64,000 nucleotides of DNA from Escherichia phage W70. Shown in pieces: positions 19,972 to 29,119 of the stretch. The notes beneath the pieces were generated by a model that did no database searches, was not told where the DNA came from, and worked only from the letters and a program-made list of their open reading frames with translations. The stretch is taken from sequence record OP778610, one strand, 5' to 3'. The position numbers and the translations under genes were made by a program. Position 1 is the stretch's first letter. Each line of letters starts with the position of its first letter.

Positions 19972-20808
19972 CAGGCTACTCGCTAGGTAGCCTCGGTGTG
20001 CTAAGACACCCGCCCATACTTTCATACAGGAACAGACTATATCATCACCTTTCGGTGCTCTCCACTTCGGAACCGCTTGGTCCCTACGCCTTTCGGCTAG
20101 TCGTTGAAGATTTTGCATATTCAGGATACATGGTCCAAGTATACAGATTGGCAATTTCTTTCCAATCCCTTTTGCTTCGGATGTTTAGAACAACCGCCCT
20201 TTTAACTTGAATGCCACTACTTTCGGCTATTCTCTTTGCAGTCCATCCCTCTGAAAGTAACTGGCATATCTTATGCACGTCGTTTTCAGAAAGTCCGGTA
20301 CTGTAATGATCTTGCCCTCTAATTGGTAATTTGTTTTCTATCGAGTGTCGAAGATTTTCCTCTTCTGTTACCCACTCAAGGTTATCTTTATGATTGTTCA
20401 ACTTATTACCGTCTTTATGATTTACCTCTGGTAAATTTAAAGGGTTTGGTATATAAGCCTTCGCGACCATCCTGTGAACATACTCAGGCTTCCGCTTACC
20501 ATTTAAGATAACATTAACAACAAAATACCCTGTACCCTTACTTAATGAATTTTTAAGGAATCTTCCTGAAAATTCACTAAAAACTTGTCCATCTTCAGTG
20601 ATAAAGTATGGACTGTTTTCTTCTATTCTTACCATAAGTCCCCTCTTTCATGGGACCAAGATCTAGAATATGCAACTTTCCTGCTGATTACCCAATCCTG
20701 TACCTTTTTAAACATTCACGCTTGCCTTTGCAGACTACGTTGTAGTGTTACAGGCTCTAAGGGCTTCCCAGCAATTCAAAGAGTTTTAGATGCGCTCTAC
20801 TGCTGTTA
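19972..20808 (-). mobile_element. group I intron in primase-helicase gene, HNH-ORF-containing
   Basis: Stop directly after exon 2; core GACTAGCCGAAAGGCGTAG and GATATAGTCTG; 3' boundary approximate. Confidence 0.6.
20084..20635 (-). CDS. HNH homing endonuclease (intron-encoded)
   Basis: LPEVNHKDGNKLNNHKDNLEWVT HNH-type motif. Confidence 0.7.
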   Translation of the reverse strand: MVRIEENSPYFITEDGQVFSEFSGRFLKNSLSKGTGYFVVNVILNGKRKPEYVHRMVAKAYIPNPLNLPEVNHKDGNKLNNHKDNLEWVTEEENLRHSIENKLPIRGQDHYSTGLSENDVHKICQLLSEGWTAKRIAESSGIQVKRAVVLNIRSKRDWKEIANLYTWTMYPEYAKSSTTSRKA

Positions 20809-21399
20809 ACGCATCATTGCACGGCTACCAGCAAACTGCGCTGACTGGACTTGACCACCAAATTCATGAGGCTTGCCAGATTCAGGCTTATTAAGGTGAC
20901 AGAAGCAATAATAAGTAAAGCCAAGCTCTTTTGCCAGTTTGGAGATCTCATCCGAGAATCGTTCCAGTTCCTGGTTAGCTTCAGAAGCACTCATACCTTG
21001 CACAAGACGAGTGATCGGGTCAATAAAGATATCTTCACAACCTTCTACGATCACTGCGTGACGGATAGCACCTTTCAGTTCATCCCATACTGCACGACCA
21101 TAGTTGTTATAATAGATAACACTATCACCAACTTCATCAGTAGCTTTGATCAGTTCTTCTTGCTTAAAGTATCCACGTTGACCTTCAAAAACTTCATTGC
21201 CCCAAATGTCACGGTAAGTTCCATCTTCTTGAGGAATCATTACCTTTTCGGCATTAACAAAGTCTTTATGATAACGCTTACCTGCGATCTTCTTACAAGT
21301 GATCTCGTTCTCTTCTTCAAACTTAAACACCGCAGCTTTTGACTTTTCAATACCCGTGATGTGTTCAACCATTTGGTTAAGAAGTTCAGACTTGCCCAT
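20809..21399 (-). CDS. primase-helicase, exon 2 (helicase core)
   Basis: Starts MGKS (Walker A remainder); IFIDPITRL Walker B-like; FCHLNK and QFAGSRAMM helicase motifs. Confidence 0.65.
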
Positions 21400-21688
21400 T
21401 TTCACCGTTATGTTCGACAGGGTTCGCTACTCCCTGCCCGTTCTCTTACGAACTGCTACATGTCCCCATGCAGACCAGACTATATCTTCAACCTGTTTCC
21501 AGGTGCTATGCACTTCGGACCGCTTGGCCCTACTCTACTCGATTCAAGAGTCTAGCTCTTGTCTTTCGATAGTCGTTGCTCCTTCCTTTTTCAAGGCTTG
21601 GATCAGGATTACGTGTTCTACGCTTCCCCTGAGTTCACATAGTATTTAGTCGAGGCATCTCTGCCAAGGCTGGCTAGACTTAATGTTT
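21400..21688 (-). mobile_element. group I intron in primase-helicase gene, ORF-less
   Basis: About 290 nt between exon 1 ...IGAG and exon 2 MGKS...; core GCTAGACTC and GAAGATATAGTCTGG; no ORF. Confidence 0.6.
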
Positions 21689-22624
21689 ACCAGCACCGAT
21701 GAAGTAACCTTCACCTGGACGACGACCCAAGGTAAGCTTGGTCATGGTGGGCCAAGGGAACTTCTTGCCGAGTTTAGGGATCTCATGTGCCTTTTCGCGG
21801 AACTGTGAATAAGTCGAGAAACCATCAGGCACATATTCTTTTGGCTTCATTGCAGCCCAAAACAACTGATCAGAAAGACCTTTGTTATACATATCGCAAG
21901 GGTCCATATCTTCTGGAATATCCACGACCTTCATTTGTGGAATTACAGAGTATACCGCTGCAACTGCATCTTTACCTTTCATGATCCCTTTGGCCTTCTC
22001 TGCTTCTGTCGCACGGTCAGCATCGAAAGCTACGATAATCTCTTCAAACTTACTCAGAAGCTTATAGTTATTCTTCTGTGATAAGTTTTGCACGGCATTG
22101 GATGTACCGTTAGAGATAGATACAACTGTGAAGTTTGGTTTACGAGTGGAACCATCCTTCGGTTTGTACTTCTCTGTCAATACCTGCCACAAGATTGCAG
22201 CATCGTATTCACCTTCAGTGATAAAGATCATACGTTTGGAAGACTTGTTTGCACCTTCCAGACCAAACATATCACAGGCTACAGATTGGAAACCGATAGT
22301 TGTAAAGTGCCCTTTCTGTTGCTTAGGGATCGTAAGATCACGCTTTTTAAAACCTACAACCTTACCTTCCAATGTGTACGGAAAATAATGTGCTTCTGGA
22401 GTCATACCGTCTTTAGCTGACAACTTGGTACGAATACCAAATCGTTTAGCTGTCTTTTCGTCGATACCACGCTCAGGGATACTTTTACACGGGTAAGTCA
22501 ATACATCTTCAACTGTTTCTTCCACACGAGACACACCGCCGCCATAATTACGTGCCACCGAAGCTTTAGGGTTTTTATGTCCAAACTTATAACCGCCAAA
22601 CAAACTTTCGCCAATAGTGCTCAT
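21689..22624 (-). CDS. primase-helicase, exon 1 (TOPRIM primase domain)
   Basis: TOPRIM motifs ITEGEYDA and FDADRA; ends GEGYFIGAG (start of Walker A). Confidence 0.7.
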
Positions 22625-22781
22625 TACTGCTCCTTGATCATCGTCGCCAAATAAATAGTGTTACCGTTTGAATTAATGCCTGCTGTTACAGGACCCATCA
22701 ATTTATAACCATAATCGTAATGCTTCAGTATATATTTTTGAAGAGACAACAAATTTGTATACGATAGGATCTTAATGTCCA

Positions 22782-23090
22782 TCAAAAACCCCCAGTTTCT
22801 TCATCAAATGCCTGACTTACTTGTGCATCACGAACACGTTCTTCAATACAACGATACACTACTTCATACGGGATATCAAGAGCAATTTCTTCACCATCCT
22901 CATAAACAGTGATTGAAAAAATATCTAAGTAATCTTCGGCATCCCAATCCGACTCCGCATCTGGAATACCTTTGTACATAACAACCTCTGCTTCAACAAC
23001 TACCTCTTTACCGATCGCTTTATGAAAATGTGTGAATTCGAAGTTTACTGTACGCATTTTATTTTCTCCTGATAATTTATATTTATTCAA
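22782..23090 (-). CDS. hypothetical protein
   Basis: 102-aa ORF. Confidence 0.45.
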   Translation of the reverse strand: MNKYKLSGENKMRTVNFEFTHFHKAIGKEVVVEAEVVMYKGIPDAESDWDAEDYLDIFSITVYEDGEEIALDIPYEVVYRCIEERVRDAQVSQAFDEETGGF

Positions 23091-23093
23091 TTC

Positions 23094-23285
23094 TTACTTT
23101 TTGGAAATGATATGCTCTTCACGAACTTGAAGCTTAGTTCCATCTGTCATTTCGACAAGATAAGCATTGCAAAGGATGTATTCCTGTAGCAACAAGATCT
23201 TACCATCACCTTTCTTACCGTACTTTTCGTCAACTTGGTCGAAACTTACTTCATCGTTGATTGCATATTTAAACACATTGTTCAT
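23094..23285 (-). CDS. hypothetical protein
   Basis: 63-aa ORF. Confidence 0.4.
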   Translation of the reverse strand: MNNVFKYAINDEVSFDQVDEKYGKKGDGKILLLQEYILCNAYLVEMTDGTKLQVREEHIISKK

Positions 23286-23485
23286 GCGTATTCAACCTCG
23301 CTGATCATTTCAAAACCATCATTTTGGATTAACGTTTTAACAAAGCCAATATTACCTTCTTCTATTCCTCTATGCAACCACATATACCCTTCAGCACAGT
23401 AAAGATTAACACCGTAACCTAGTTTAGCTGCCCGTTCAAAATCACCACTTTCTTTCTTAACCAAACAACGAACCATCTTTTTCAT
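23282..23485 (-). CDS. hypothetical protein
   Basis: 67-aa ORF. Confidence 0.4.
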   Translation of the reverse strand: MKKMVRCLVKKESGDFERAAKLGYGVNLYCAEGYMWLHRGIEEGNIGFVKTLIQNDGFEMISEVEYA

Positions 23486-23649
23486 CAGTCTTTCCCCTTA
23501 TGATCAGGAACAACGTGTTTATTGATTACCTTAACAAGACGTTCCCGTAATTGTTGTGTATGACCATACTTTGAAACAGTTTCCACAATCTCACCAATGT
23601 ACTTATTGAACAGATGAGGTGGAATTTTTAACTTTTCAAGTTGGTCCAT
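23485..23649 (-). CDS. hypothetical protein
   Basis: Internal Met start to avoid overlap. Confidence 0.3.
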   Translation of the reverse strand: MDQLEKLKIPPHLFNKYIGEIVETVSKYGHTQQLRERLVKVINKHVVPDHKGKD

Positions 23650-23650
23650 A

Positions 23651-23875
23651 TCAATCCTCAATAATTTCAAGCTTACCGTTAATAGTATACAGAGTTGTCG
23701 CCTTCTCTTCAACAACTTTTAACGCGTTAATGACAGAATCATAAAACTCTTCAGATTCCTTAACTTCTTGTTTGCACTTCTTGATATGGTCGGCACTAAT
23801 ATCACGAAGACTCAACAGTTGTGCACGATTAAGTACAGACAAGTCTACAGAAAAATCATCAACTTTAAAACTCAT
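23651..23875 (-). CDS. hypothetical protein
   Basis: 74-aa ORF. Confidence 0.4.
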   Translation of the reverse strand: MSFKVDDFSVDLSVLNRAQLLSLRDISADHIKKCKQEVKESEEFYDSVINALKVVEEKATTLYTINGKLEIIED

Positions 23876-23957
23876 ATTTAATCTCCTTGTTTGTGTTCAG
23901 TTACTTTATCACTTTGAGAGAAAGATGCAACAAGATTATTGCATCTTTTTTAATTAT

Positions 23958-25316
23958 TTACTGATTGTTGAAAATGCTCGGGAACTTCTCGTGATAGAAG
24001 TCTACAACATCCTGATCAACGATGATATCTTTTACTCGCAGACGCTTCATCAGGCGAAGACCTTCTACGGATGTGGCACGAGATAGCATGACGTAGGCTT
24101 GCCCAGGTGTAAAAGTACCAAAACCAAGATCAATATTTACTTTACCCAAGGTAAGACCCTGCGCTTTATGACCCGTGATCGCATAGCCTAACTTAAATGG
24201 GTACTGGATATACTCACCGATAGATTTATCGACAAGAACAGTTTTTTCAACCATCTTCTTGATCGTCTTTTTGGTTCCGTCAGGCATATCCACCTCTTCC
24301 TCTTCAAGCATCATCTTTTTCTCAGGTACTTGAGCAACGTTGTTCCATGTTGCAGGGCCGATTGGAACCATCTTGCCATCGATATCTACAACAACAAATG
24401 TTTTTGCGATACGACGAACAATACCGACTGTACCGTTGACATAATCAGGCACTTTCTTCTTCTGATCATTGTCGTTAACAACAATCATTACTTTAAGACC
24501 TTCCTTGAGAAAGAGTTTTTCATTAACTGGACGTTCAACAAACTCACCAGTGATACGGGCATTGAATTCATGCTGTTCAGCATTAATCTTTGCGTACTCT
24601 TTGTTGTTGATCTCTTCTGCCAGCTTGTTTGTGGTAGTTAAAGTTACTGCCCCGTCAAGTGGACGACCAAAGCAACGCTGGTTAAAGAAGTTAACAGCAT
24701 CAGGGATGTTTTTCCCGATACGAATATTGTTCAGGTGTTCTGCAAACACTGGATCACTTTGGCGATGAACTTTAGGAAGATAAGCATAGGTCAGATTCAA
24801 AGATTCCCAAGTTTCACACCCAAAAGGAATTTCTTTCCCGTGCAGTTCACGGAACAAAGGAACCTCTTCTTTCTTAAGTACAGGCTTGATCTGGAAGCCG
24901 TCACCAAACATGATGATCTGGAGTCCACCAAAAGGCTTATCGGATTTACGATGGTGGCGAAGTTTCATATCGATTTCTTTCAGTTTGTCACTTCGAGTCA
25001 TACCGATCTCATCGAACACGATACCATCGAGTGCATCAGATGCCATAAGCATAGCTGCCTTTTTAGATTTTGCCTTATAATCCTCGGAAGTTGTGACACC
25101 AAAGGTTAAACCAAACGCTTTATGAGTCGTAACACCACGGATGTTTAATGATGCCACGCCTGTTGGACCAACAAACAGAAAACTATCAGCAAAGAAGTCA
25201 CGCAGTGCTGCGATCATCATACTTTTACCACTACCACCAGGTCCGGTGATAAAAACGTTTTCCCCATTCATGATTGCTTGCATTGCCGCTTCGTTACCGA
25301 TCACTGTCTTAGTCAT
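23958..25316 (-). CDS. Dda/RecD-like superfamily-1 DNA helicase
   Basis: Walker A GPGGSGKS, Walker B IVFDEIGM, GDGFQIKPV motif. Confidence 0.75.
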   Translation of the reverse strand: MTKTVIGNEAAMQAIMNGENVFITGPGGSGKSMMIAALRDFFADSFLFVGPTGVASLNIRGVTTHKAFGLTFGVTTSEDYKAKSKKAAMLMASDALDGIVFDEIGMTRSDKLKEIDMKLRHHRKSDKPFGGLQIIMFGDGFQIKPVLKKEEVPLFRELHGKEIPFGCETWESLNLTYAYLPKVHRQSDPVFAEHLNNIRIGKNIPDAVNFFNQRCFGRPLDGAVTLTTTNKLAEEINNKEYAKINAEQHEFNARITGEFVERPVNEKLFLKEGLKVMIVVNDNDQKKKVPDYVNGTVGIVRRIAKTFVVVDIDGKMVPIGPATWNNVAQVPEKKMMLEEEEVDMPDGTKKTIKKMVEKTVLVDKSIGEYIQYPFKLGYAITGHKAQGLTLGKVNIDLGFGTFTPGQAYVMLSRATSVEGLRLMKRLRVKDIIVDQDVVDFYHEKFPSIFNNQ

Positions 25317-25506
25317 TATTTAGTTCCTCATATTCGTATGGGTAGATTTGATACTCTTTGTTGTCTTTTAGTGCGACGGCTGTAACACTTTCAACGTAAA
25401 AATCATCATCATAGTGTATTTCCTCAATTACGAGAATATCACCTTTCTTTGGATGATCATCACGATCACTGAAATCATTTAATAGCTTTATTTTTACGTT
25501 TTTCAT
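25309..25506 (-). CDS. hypothetical protein
   Basis: 65-aa ORF. Confidence 0.4.
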   Translation of the reverse strand: MKNVKIKLLNDFSDRDDHPKKGDILVIEEIHYDDDFYVESVTAVALKDNKEYQIYPYEYEELNND

Positions 25507-25687
25507 ACAACATCTCCGCTGCTACAAGTGATAAGATCATTGCCATATACATCACAATAGAGGTCACACTGATTTGAATGAATAGTTCATCAGTAACATG
25601 ATTGAAGTAAACATTCTTTACATATCGAACCCCTATAAGCCAAAATGCCATCACCACAGCAAATGTTAGTATCATACGTTTTATCAT
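25475..25687 (-). CDS. small two-TM membrane protein (holin-like candidate)
   Basis: Two hydrophobic segments, charged C-terminus; immediately downstream of hydrolase gene. Confidence 0.35.
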   Translation of the reverse strand: MIKRMILTFAVVMAFWLIGVRYVKNVYFNHVTDELFIQISVTSIVMYMAMILSLVAAEMLYEKRKNKAIK

Positions 25688-26199
25688 TTCTTCTTCTCCT
25701 CTTTGTCTTTATAAAAGATGTGATTTTCTATGGTTACTGTTCTTTTTAGAAGTTTACGCCAAACGGGTTTAACCTTCTTCGTATGATAATACAGAGATCC
25801 ATATGTCGGGTCAAACCTTTTGTACAAAATCTCGTTATTTTTTAGCTTATGTACGAATTTTGATATACTAAGAGCACCCTCCCAAGAATCTTTATCTGTT
25901 ATATTATAGGAAGATTTGGTTAGTGTCCACGAGAACTGAGAGGCTTGATACACAACACCCTTCATAGTGGTTGGGAACTTATCATGCTTCATACGATTCA
26001 TAGTTACGAATGCAACAGCCATTTGACCATTGACCGTTTCTCCTCTCGCTTCCATATAAACATTGCAAGCTAAGGCATTAATAGAGTTATCCTTTTTAGT
26101 GCATTTGTGGATAACTTTCTGTGCTCTCTCTTTGGCATAAGTAACGCCTGGTGCCAGAGACAGAGTACAAATAAAACTATATAATACTAATTTCTTCAT
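25684..26199 (-). CDS. secreted cell-wall hydrolase (SleB/Hydrolase_2-like)
   Basis: Signal peptide MKKLVLYSFICTLSLAPGVTYA; NVYMEARGE...AVAFVTMNR motif. Confidence 0.55.
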   Translation of the reverse strand: MKKLVLYSFICTLSLAPGVTYAKERAQKVIHKCTKKDNSINALACNVYMEARGETVNGQMAVAFVTMNRMKHDKFPTTMKGVVYQASQFSWTLTKSSYNITDKDSWEGALSISKFVHKLKNNEILYKRFDPTYGSLYYHTKKVKPVWRKLLKRTVTIENHIFYKDKEEKKK

Positions 26200-26245
26200 T
26201 TTCCCTCCAATTGAGGACCCAGCTTATCACTGGGTCGCTCTCTTG

Positions 26246-26632
26246 TCAACTACCTTCTGTATGCTTTTTAATTTGGTCAGCGATCCCTTTCCATAGGCCG
26301 TTAAGGAAAGGGTTGCTTGTGATTACCTCGCCTAACCAGGGGCCGTACAGGCGATATACGTAGTCATCTGTGATCGCATAGATACTTCCATCCCGTACAG
26401 CCAGTCCACGCACAAGAGATGTTGTTACACGACGGCCTGCGAATCCAGTTTTTTGATATTCAACTTCTGTATTCTCAATATAACCGACCAAATTCACAAG
26501 GTTTTGTGTCCCATCAATTGTAAAACCACACTTATTTTCAAGATCTTCTGAAATAGTGCTGATCCCTTCTAGTGAGAAGTTGCCACCGAACTTTAGGCCA
26601 TACTTAGCTGCAAGTTTATCGTGCGCTGTCAT
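26246..26632 (-). CDS. hypothetical protein
   Basis: 128-aa ORF. Confidence 0.5.
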   Translation of the reverse strand: MTAHDKLAAKYGLKFGGNFSLEGISTISEDLENKCGFTIDGTQNLVNLVGYIENTEVEYQKTGFAGRRVTTSLVRGLAVRDGSIYAITDDYVYRLYGPWLGEVITSNPFLNGLWKGIADQIKKHTEGS

Positions 26633-26823
26633 TTTACACTTTCCTTGATCAGTTGTTCAAAAGTTTCAACGGTCTGTGTGACATGTGCTGTACTTCCATC
26701 ACGGAAGACAACAACGGTACTTTCTTCCCCAAAATGATTACCTTCACGAAAGAGAAGAATCTCTTCTACTCGTAGTGCAACTTTAAGACCACCTTCACCT
26801 GCCAGATTTGCTTTTACGAACAT
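26629..26823 (-). CDS. hypothetical protein
   Basis: 64-aa ORF. Confidence 0.4.
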   Translation of the reverse strand: MFVKANLAGEGGLKVALRVEEILLFREGNHFGEESTVVVFRDGSTAHVTQTVETFEQLIKESVK

Positions 26824-27014
26824 TATAAACCTCCCATGCTACGAAGAATAACATCTTTCATACGAATAAGGATTTCATTCTTATCCACTTCAGGAAAAAT
26901 TTCAACTAGTTTAATAAGTAAACTTCTTCCACTTTTGTACTCACCTGATCTTGCAAGGTGCAGGACAGTTCTTGCAAACTCTAACTCATCTAGAGGTACT
27001 TTTCCTTCAACCAT
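26823..27014 (-). CDS. hypothetical protein
   Basis: 63-aa ORF. Confidence 0.4.
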   Translation of the reverse strand: MVEGKVPLDELEFARTVLHLARSGEYKSGRSLLIKLVEIFPEVDKNEILIRMKDVILRSMGGL

Positions 27015-27259
27015 TCCGCAGCCTCCTTTAAGTTATCAAACACCTTATAAGCAACGCCTGTGTATTCTGAATCCCAATCATCACTTGGATCATAATCCTC
27101 GTTAATTTCTTCCACATCCACATGATACTTACCTTCATAGTCTTTTTCAACAAGAATACGAAGATCGTGGTAGACAGAAGCTTCAATCTGATCGGCTATT
27201 TTGTCAAAGTAATCTCGATCTGTCATATCATACCCCGCAGCGTTGGAGGAAAGCCTCAC
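26990..27259 (-). CDS. hypothetical acidic protein
   Basis: 89-aa ORF. Confidence 0.4.
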   Translation of the reverse strand: MRLSSNAAGYDMTDRDYFDKIADQIEASVYHDLRILVEKDYEGKYHVDVEEINEDYDPSDDWDSEYTGVAYKVFDNLKEAAEWLKEKYL

Positions 27260-27479
27260 AGATACATAAGAAATCTTCCCTTTCTATATTTTTGATATCC
27301 ATACCAATCTCTTTGAACAGTTTGGGAAGATCAAGAACCTTTGCGTCCTTGTGCAACTTAAAATAACCATCCTTGTCATAAGGGATCTTTTCAAGAAAGA
27401 GAATATCTGGATTATCAGAGCCTTTTGTTTTTGTTGCTAAGTAATCATAAATATCTTCACGAGGTACTGGCTTCTTCAT
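27228..27479 (-). CDS. hypothetical protein
   Basis: 83-aa ORF. Confidence 0.4.
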   Translation of the reverse strand: MKKPVPREDIYDYLATKTKGSDNPDILFLEKIPYDKDGYFKLHKDAKVLDLPKLFKEIGMDIKNIEREDFLCICEAFLQRCGV

Positions 27480-27480
27480 A

Positions 27481-27912
27481 TTATTCTCCTGTTAAATTTA
27501 ACTTGTCGCCTTTCCGCATTTCAAGAAAGGCTTTCAGATCTCCAAACTTGGTTTCAGCAAATGCAGAACCTGCCGGAGCTTTGTTATAATCCCAGTTATC
27601 TTTGGCCTCGTCAATATCACCATGTAGGTTCGTGAACTCATTTTTGAACTCGCGCACAGACCACTTGACAGAACGATGACGAGTAGGGATATAGTTGGAA
27701 ACAGAGGCATAACTAAGTCGCTTCTGAACCTCATCAATAATACCCTTTACCTTCAACTCGAACAACTTCCGAAACACGGGGTGGATAAGGTCGTCAGGGG
27801 CATCTACATACACACGAGTAAGCCCAGGGTGGTGATTGAAGCTGACCTCAATCTTGTTGCGACTCTTACCTTCCCGTACTGTTACCATATATTTACCGAT
27901 TTCAAATTTCAT
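27481..27912 (-). CDS. hypothetical protein
   Basis: 143-aa ORF. Confidence 0.5.
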   Translation of the reverse strand: MKFEIGKYMVTVREGKSRNKIEVSFNHHPGLTRVYVDAPDDLIHPVFRKLFELKVKGIIDEVQKRLSYASVSNYIPTRHRSVKWSVREFKNEFTNLHGDIDEAKDNWDYNKAPAGSAFAETKFGDLKAFLEMRKGDKLNLTGE

Positions 27913-27955
27913 CTATAAAGCCCTCTCTGTTTCCAATGAGGGCAGAATACATGAC

Positions 27956-28150
27956 TTACTCTACCGAGTCAACCGTTTCAACAAAGATAATCTTACCATA
28001 TTTCAGCTTTCGACGGTTGTCACCTTTGTGGGTGTGGACCACAGGGTTAAATGACCCAATATCATTGCAGTGTTTCCAGCCAGAACGGGTAGAAAACTGC
28101 TTAACGATAGCCGAAAAGTCTTCCGGCTTTAACTCAATCATATGCTCCAT
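27956..28150 (-). CDS. hypothetical protein
   Basis: 64-aa ORF. Confidence 0.4.
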   Translation of the reverse strand: MEHMIELKPEDFSAIVKQFSTRSGWKHCNDIGSFNPVVHTHKGDNRRKLKYGKIIFVETVDSVE

Positions 28151-28188
28151 TACATCTCCTTTCGTGGTAAACTTCTTTACAAGATTAT

Positions 28189-28584
28189 TTACTCGTCAAC
28201 AACTTTCCAACTCCAAAGATAACCATCTTTAGGCATAGTTGAACCTTTAACAAATACGGTTGCGTTATAAAGATCATCTTCGTTCGGCAAATCTTCTAAA
28301 AGTTTAAACTCAATATTGTTATACTCATTATAGATAATTTGTGCACGAAGTCTCTTTCCTACTCGGACAGAACTAGTTTCTGATCGAATACATTCAATAA
28401 GGTAGCCCTTTTCATAAGAAACTTCTTCACGAGATACCTTATAAACCCTAACCAATGCAGGAAATTCTTTTTGTATTTTCAAAGCTGTATGCTGCGCTTC
28501 TTGTTCACTATCATAGCCTTTGAAAAATTTAAAAACTTCACCTTCCCACTTGATCCAGACTTCATATTCTTTTTCCATATTCAC
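28189..28584 (-). CDS. hypothetical protein
   Basis: 131-aa ORF. Confidence 0.5.
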   Translation of the reverse strand: MNMEKEYEVWIKWEGEVFKFFKGYDSEQEAQHTALKIQKEFPALVRVYKVSREEVSYEKGYLIECIRSETSSVRVGKRLRAQIIYNEYNNIEFKLLEDLPNEDDLYNATVFVKGSTMPKDGYLWSWKVVDE

Positions 28585-28587
28585 CTC

Positions 28588-28905
28588 TTAAGAAATAAGT
28601 TGGATTTTTGGACCTTTTTCTTTTTCTGCTTGACGCAGGCGATCACGAACATACAGTTCGATATCAGTTGGTCGCCACAATTCAACGATGACCACATCAA
28701 AACGATTTTCGTGAGCACCAGGTTGTTTATTCATGTGACTTGCCATCAGGTCTGCACTCTCTTGATCAGCAAATACAGCTTTCGCTACGATTGTTTTACC
28801 GTCTTCAGTTTGTCCCATACTCATGCTCGGGATGTTGTGACCTGCATCATTATCACGAATGGCAAACACAAGGGTAGTTTCAGCATTTTTCAGAAAGTCA
28901 GTCAT
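28588..28905 (-). CDS. hypothetical protein
   Basis: 105-aa ORF. Confidence 0.45.
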   Translation of the reverse strand: MTDFLKNAETTLVFAIRDNDAGHNIPSMSMGQTEDGKTIVAKAVFADQESADLMASHMNKQPGAHENRFDVVIVELWRPTDIELYVRDRLRQAEKEKGPKIQLIS

Positions 28906-29119
28906 TAATAATCTCCACGTCAGAATTGATATCAGTTTTATAAAAAAGTCCCAGAGTTTCTGCGACCTCTATGAAAACAGCATCTCCAGATACAACAGCA
29001 TCAGAAGTTGCGTATACTTTATTATAAATCGGTTGTCCTGTAAAGTCCCGATCGACAATATATTTAAACTTTTGGCCTTTCTTTACATCACGGGCCTTGA
29101 TCAGTTTAACATTAATCAT
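28898..29119 (-). CDS. hypothetical protein
   Basis: 73-aa ORF. Confidence 0.4.
   Translation of the reverse strand: MINVKLIKARDVKKGQKFKYIVDRDFTGQPIYNKVYATSDAVVSGDAVFIEVAETLGLFYKTDINSDVEIIND

Noticed and set aside
20806-21405. Reading 20806-21405 and 19450-20154 as independent complete genes
   Set aside because: Both lack an N-terminal domain, begin inside conserved helicase motifs, and the second track start lies inside intron core sequence; better explained as exons.
20323-21649. Plus-strand ORFs across the helicase exons and introns
   Set aside because: Antisense to exon and intron sequence; structured intron RNA often yields spurious antisense ORFs.
24330-25323. Plus-strand ORFs inside the Dda-like helicase gene
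   Set aside because: Antisense shadow ORFs within a CDS that has clear Walker motifs.
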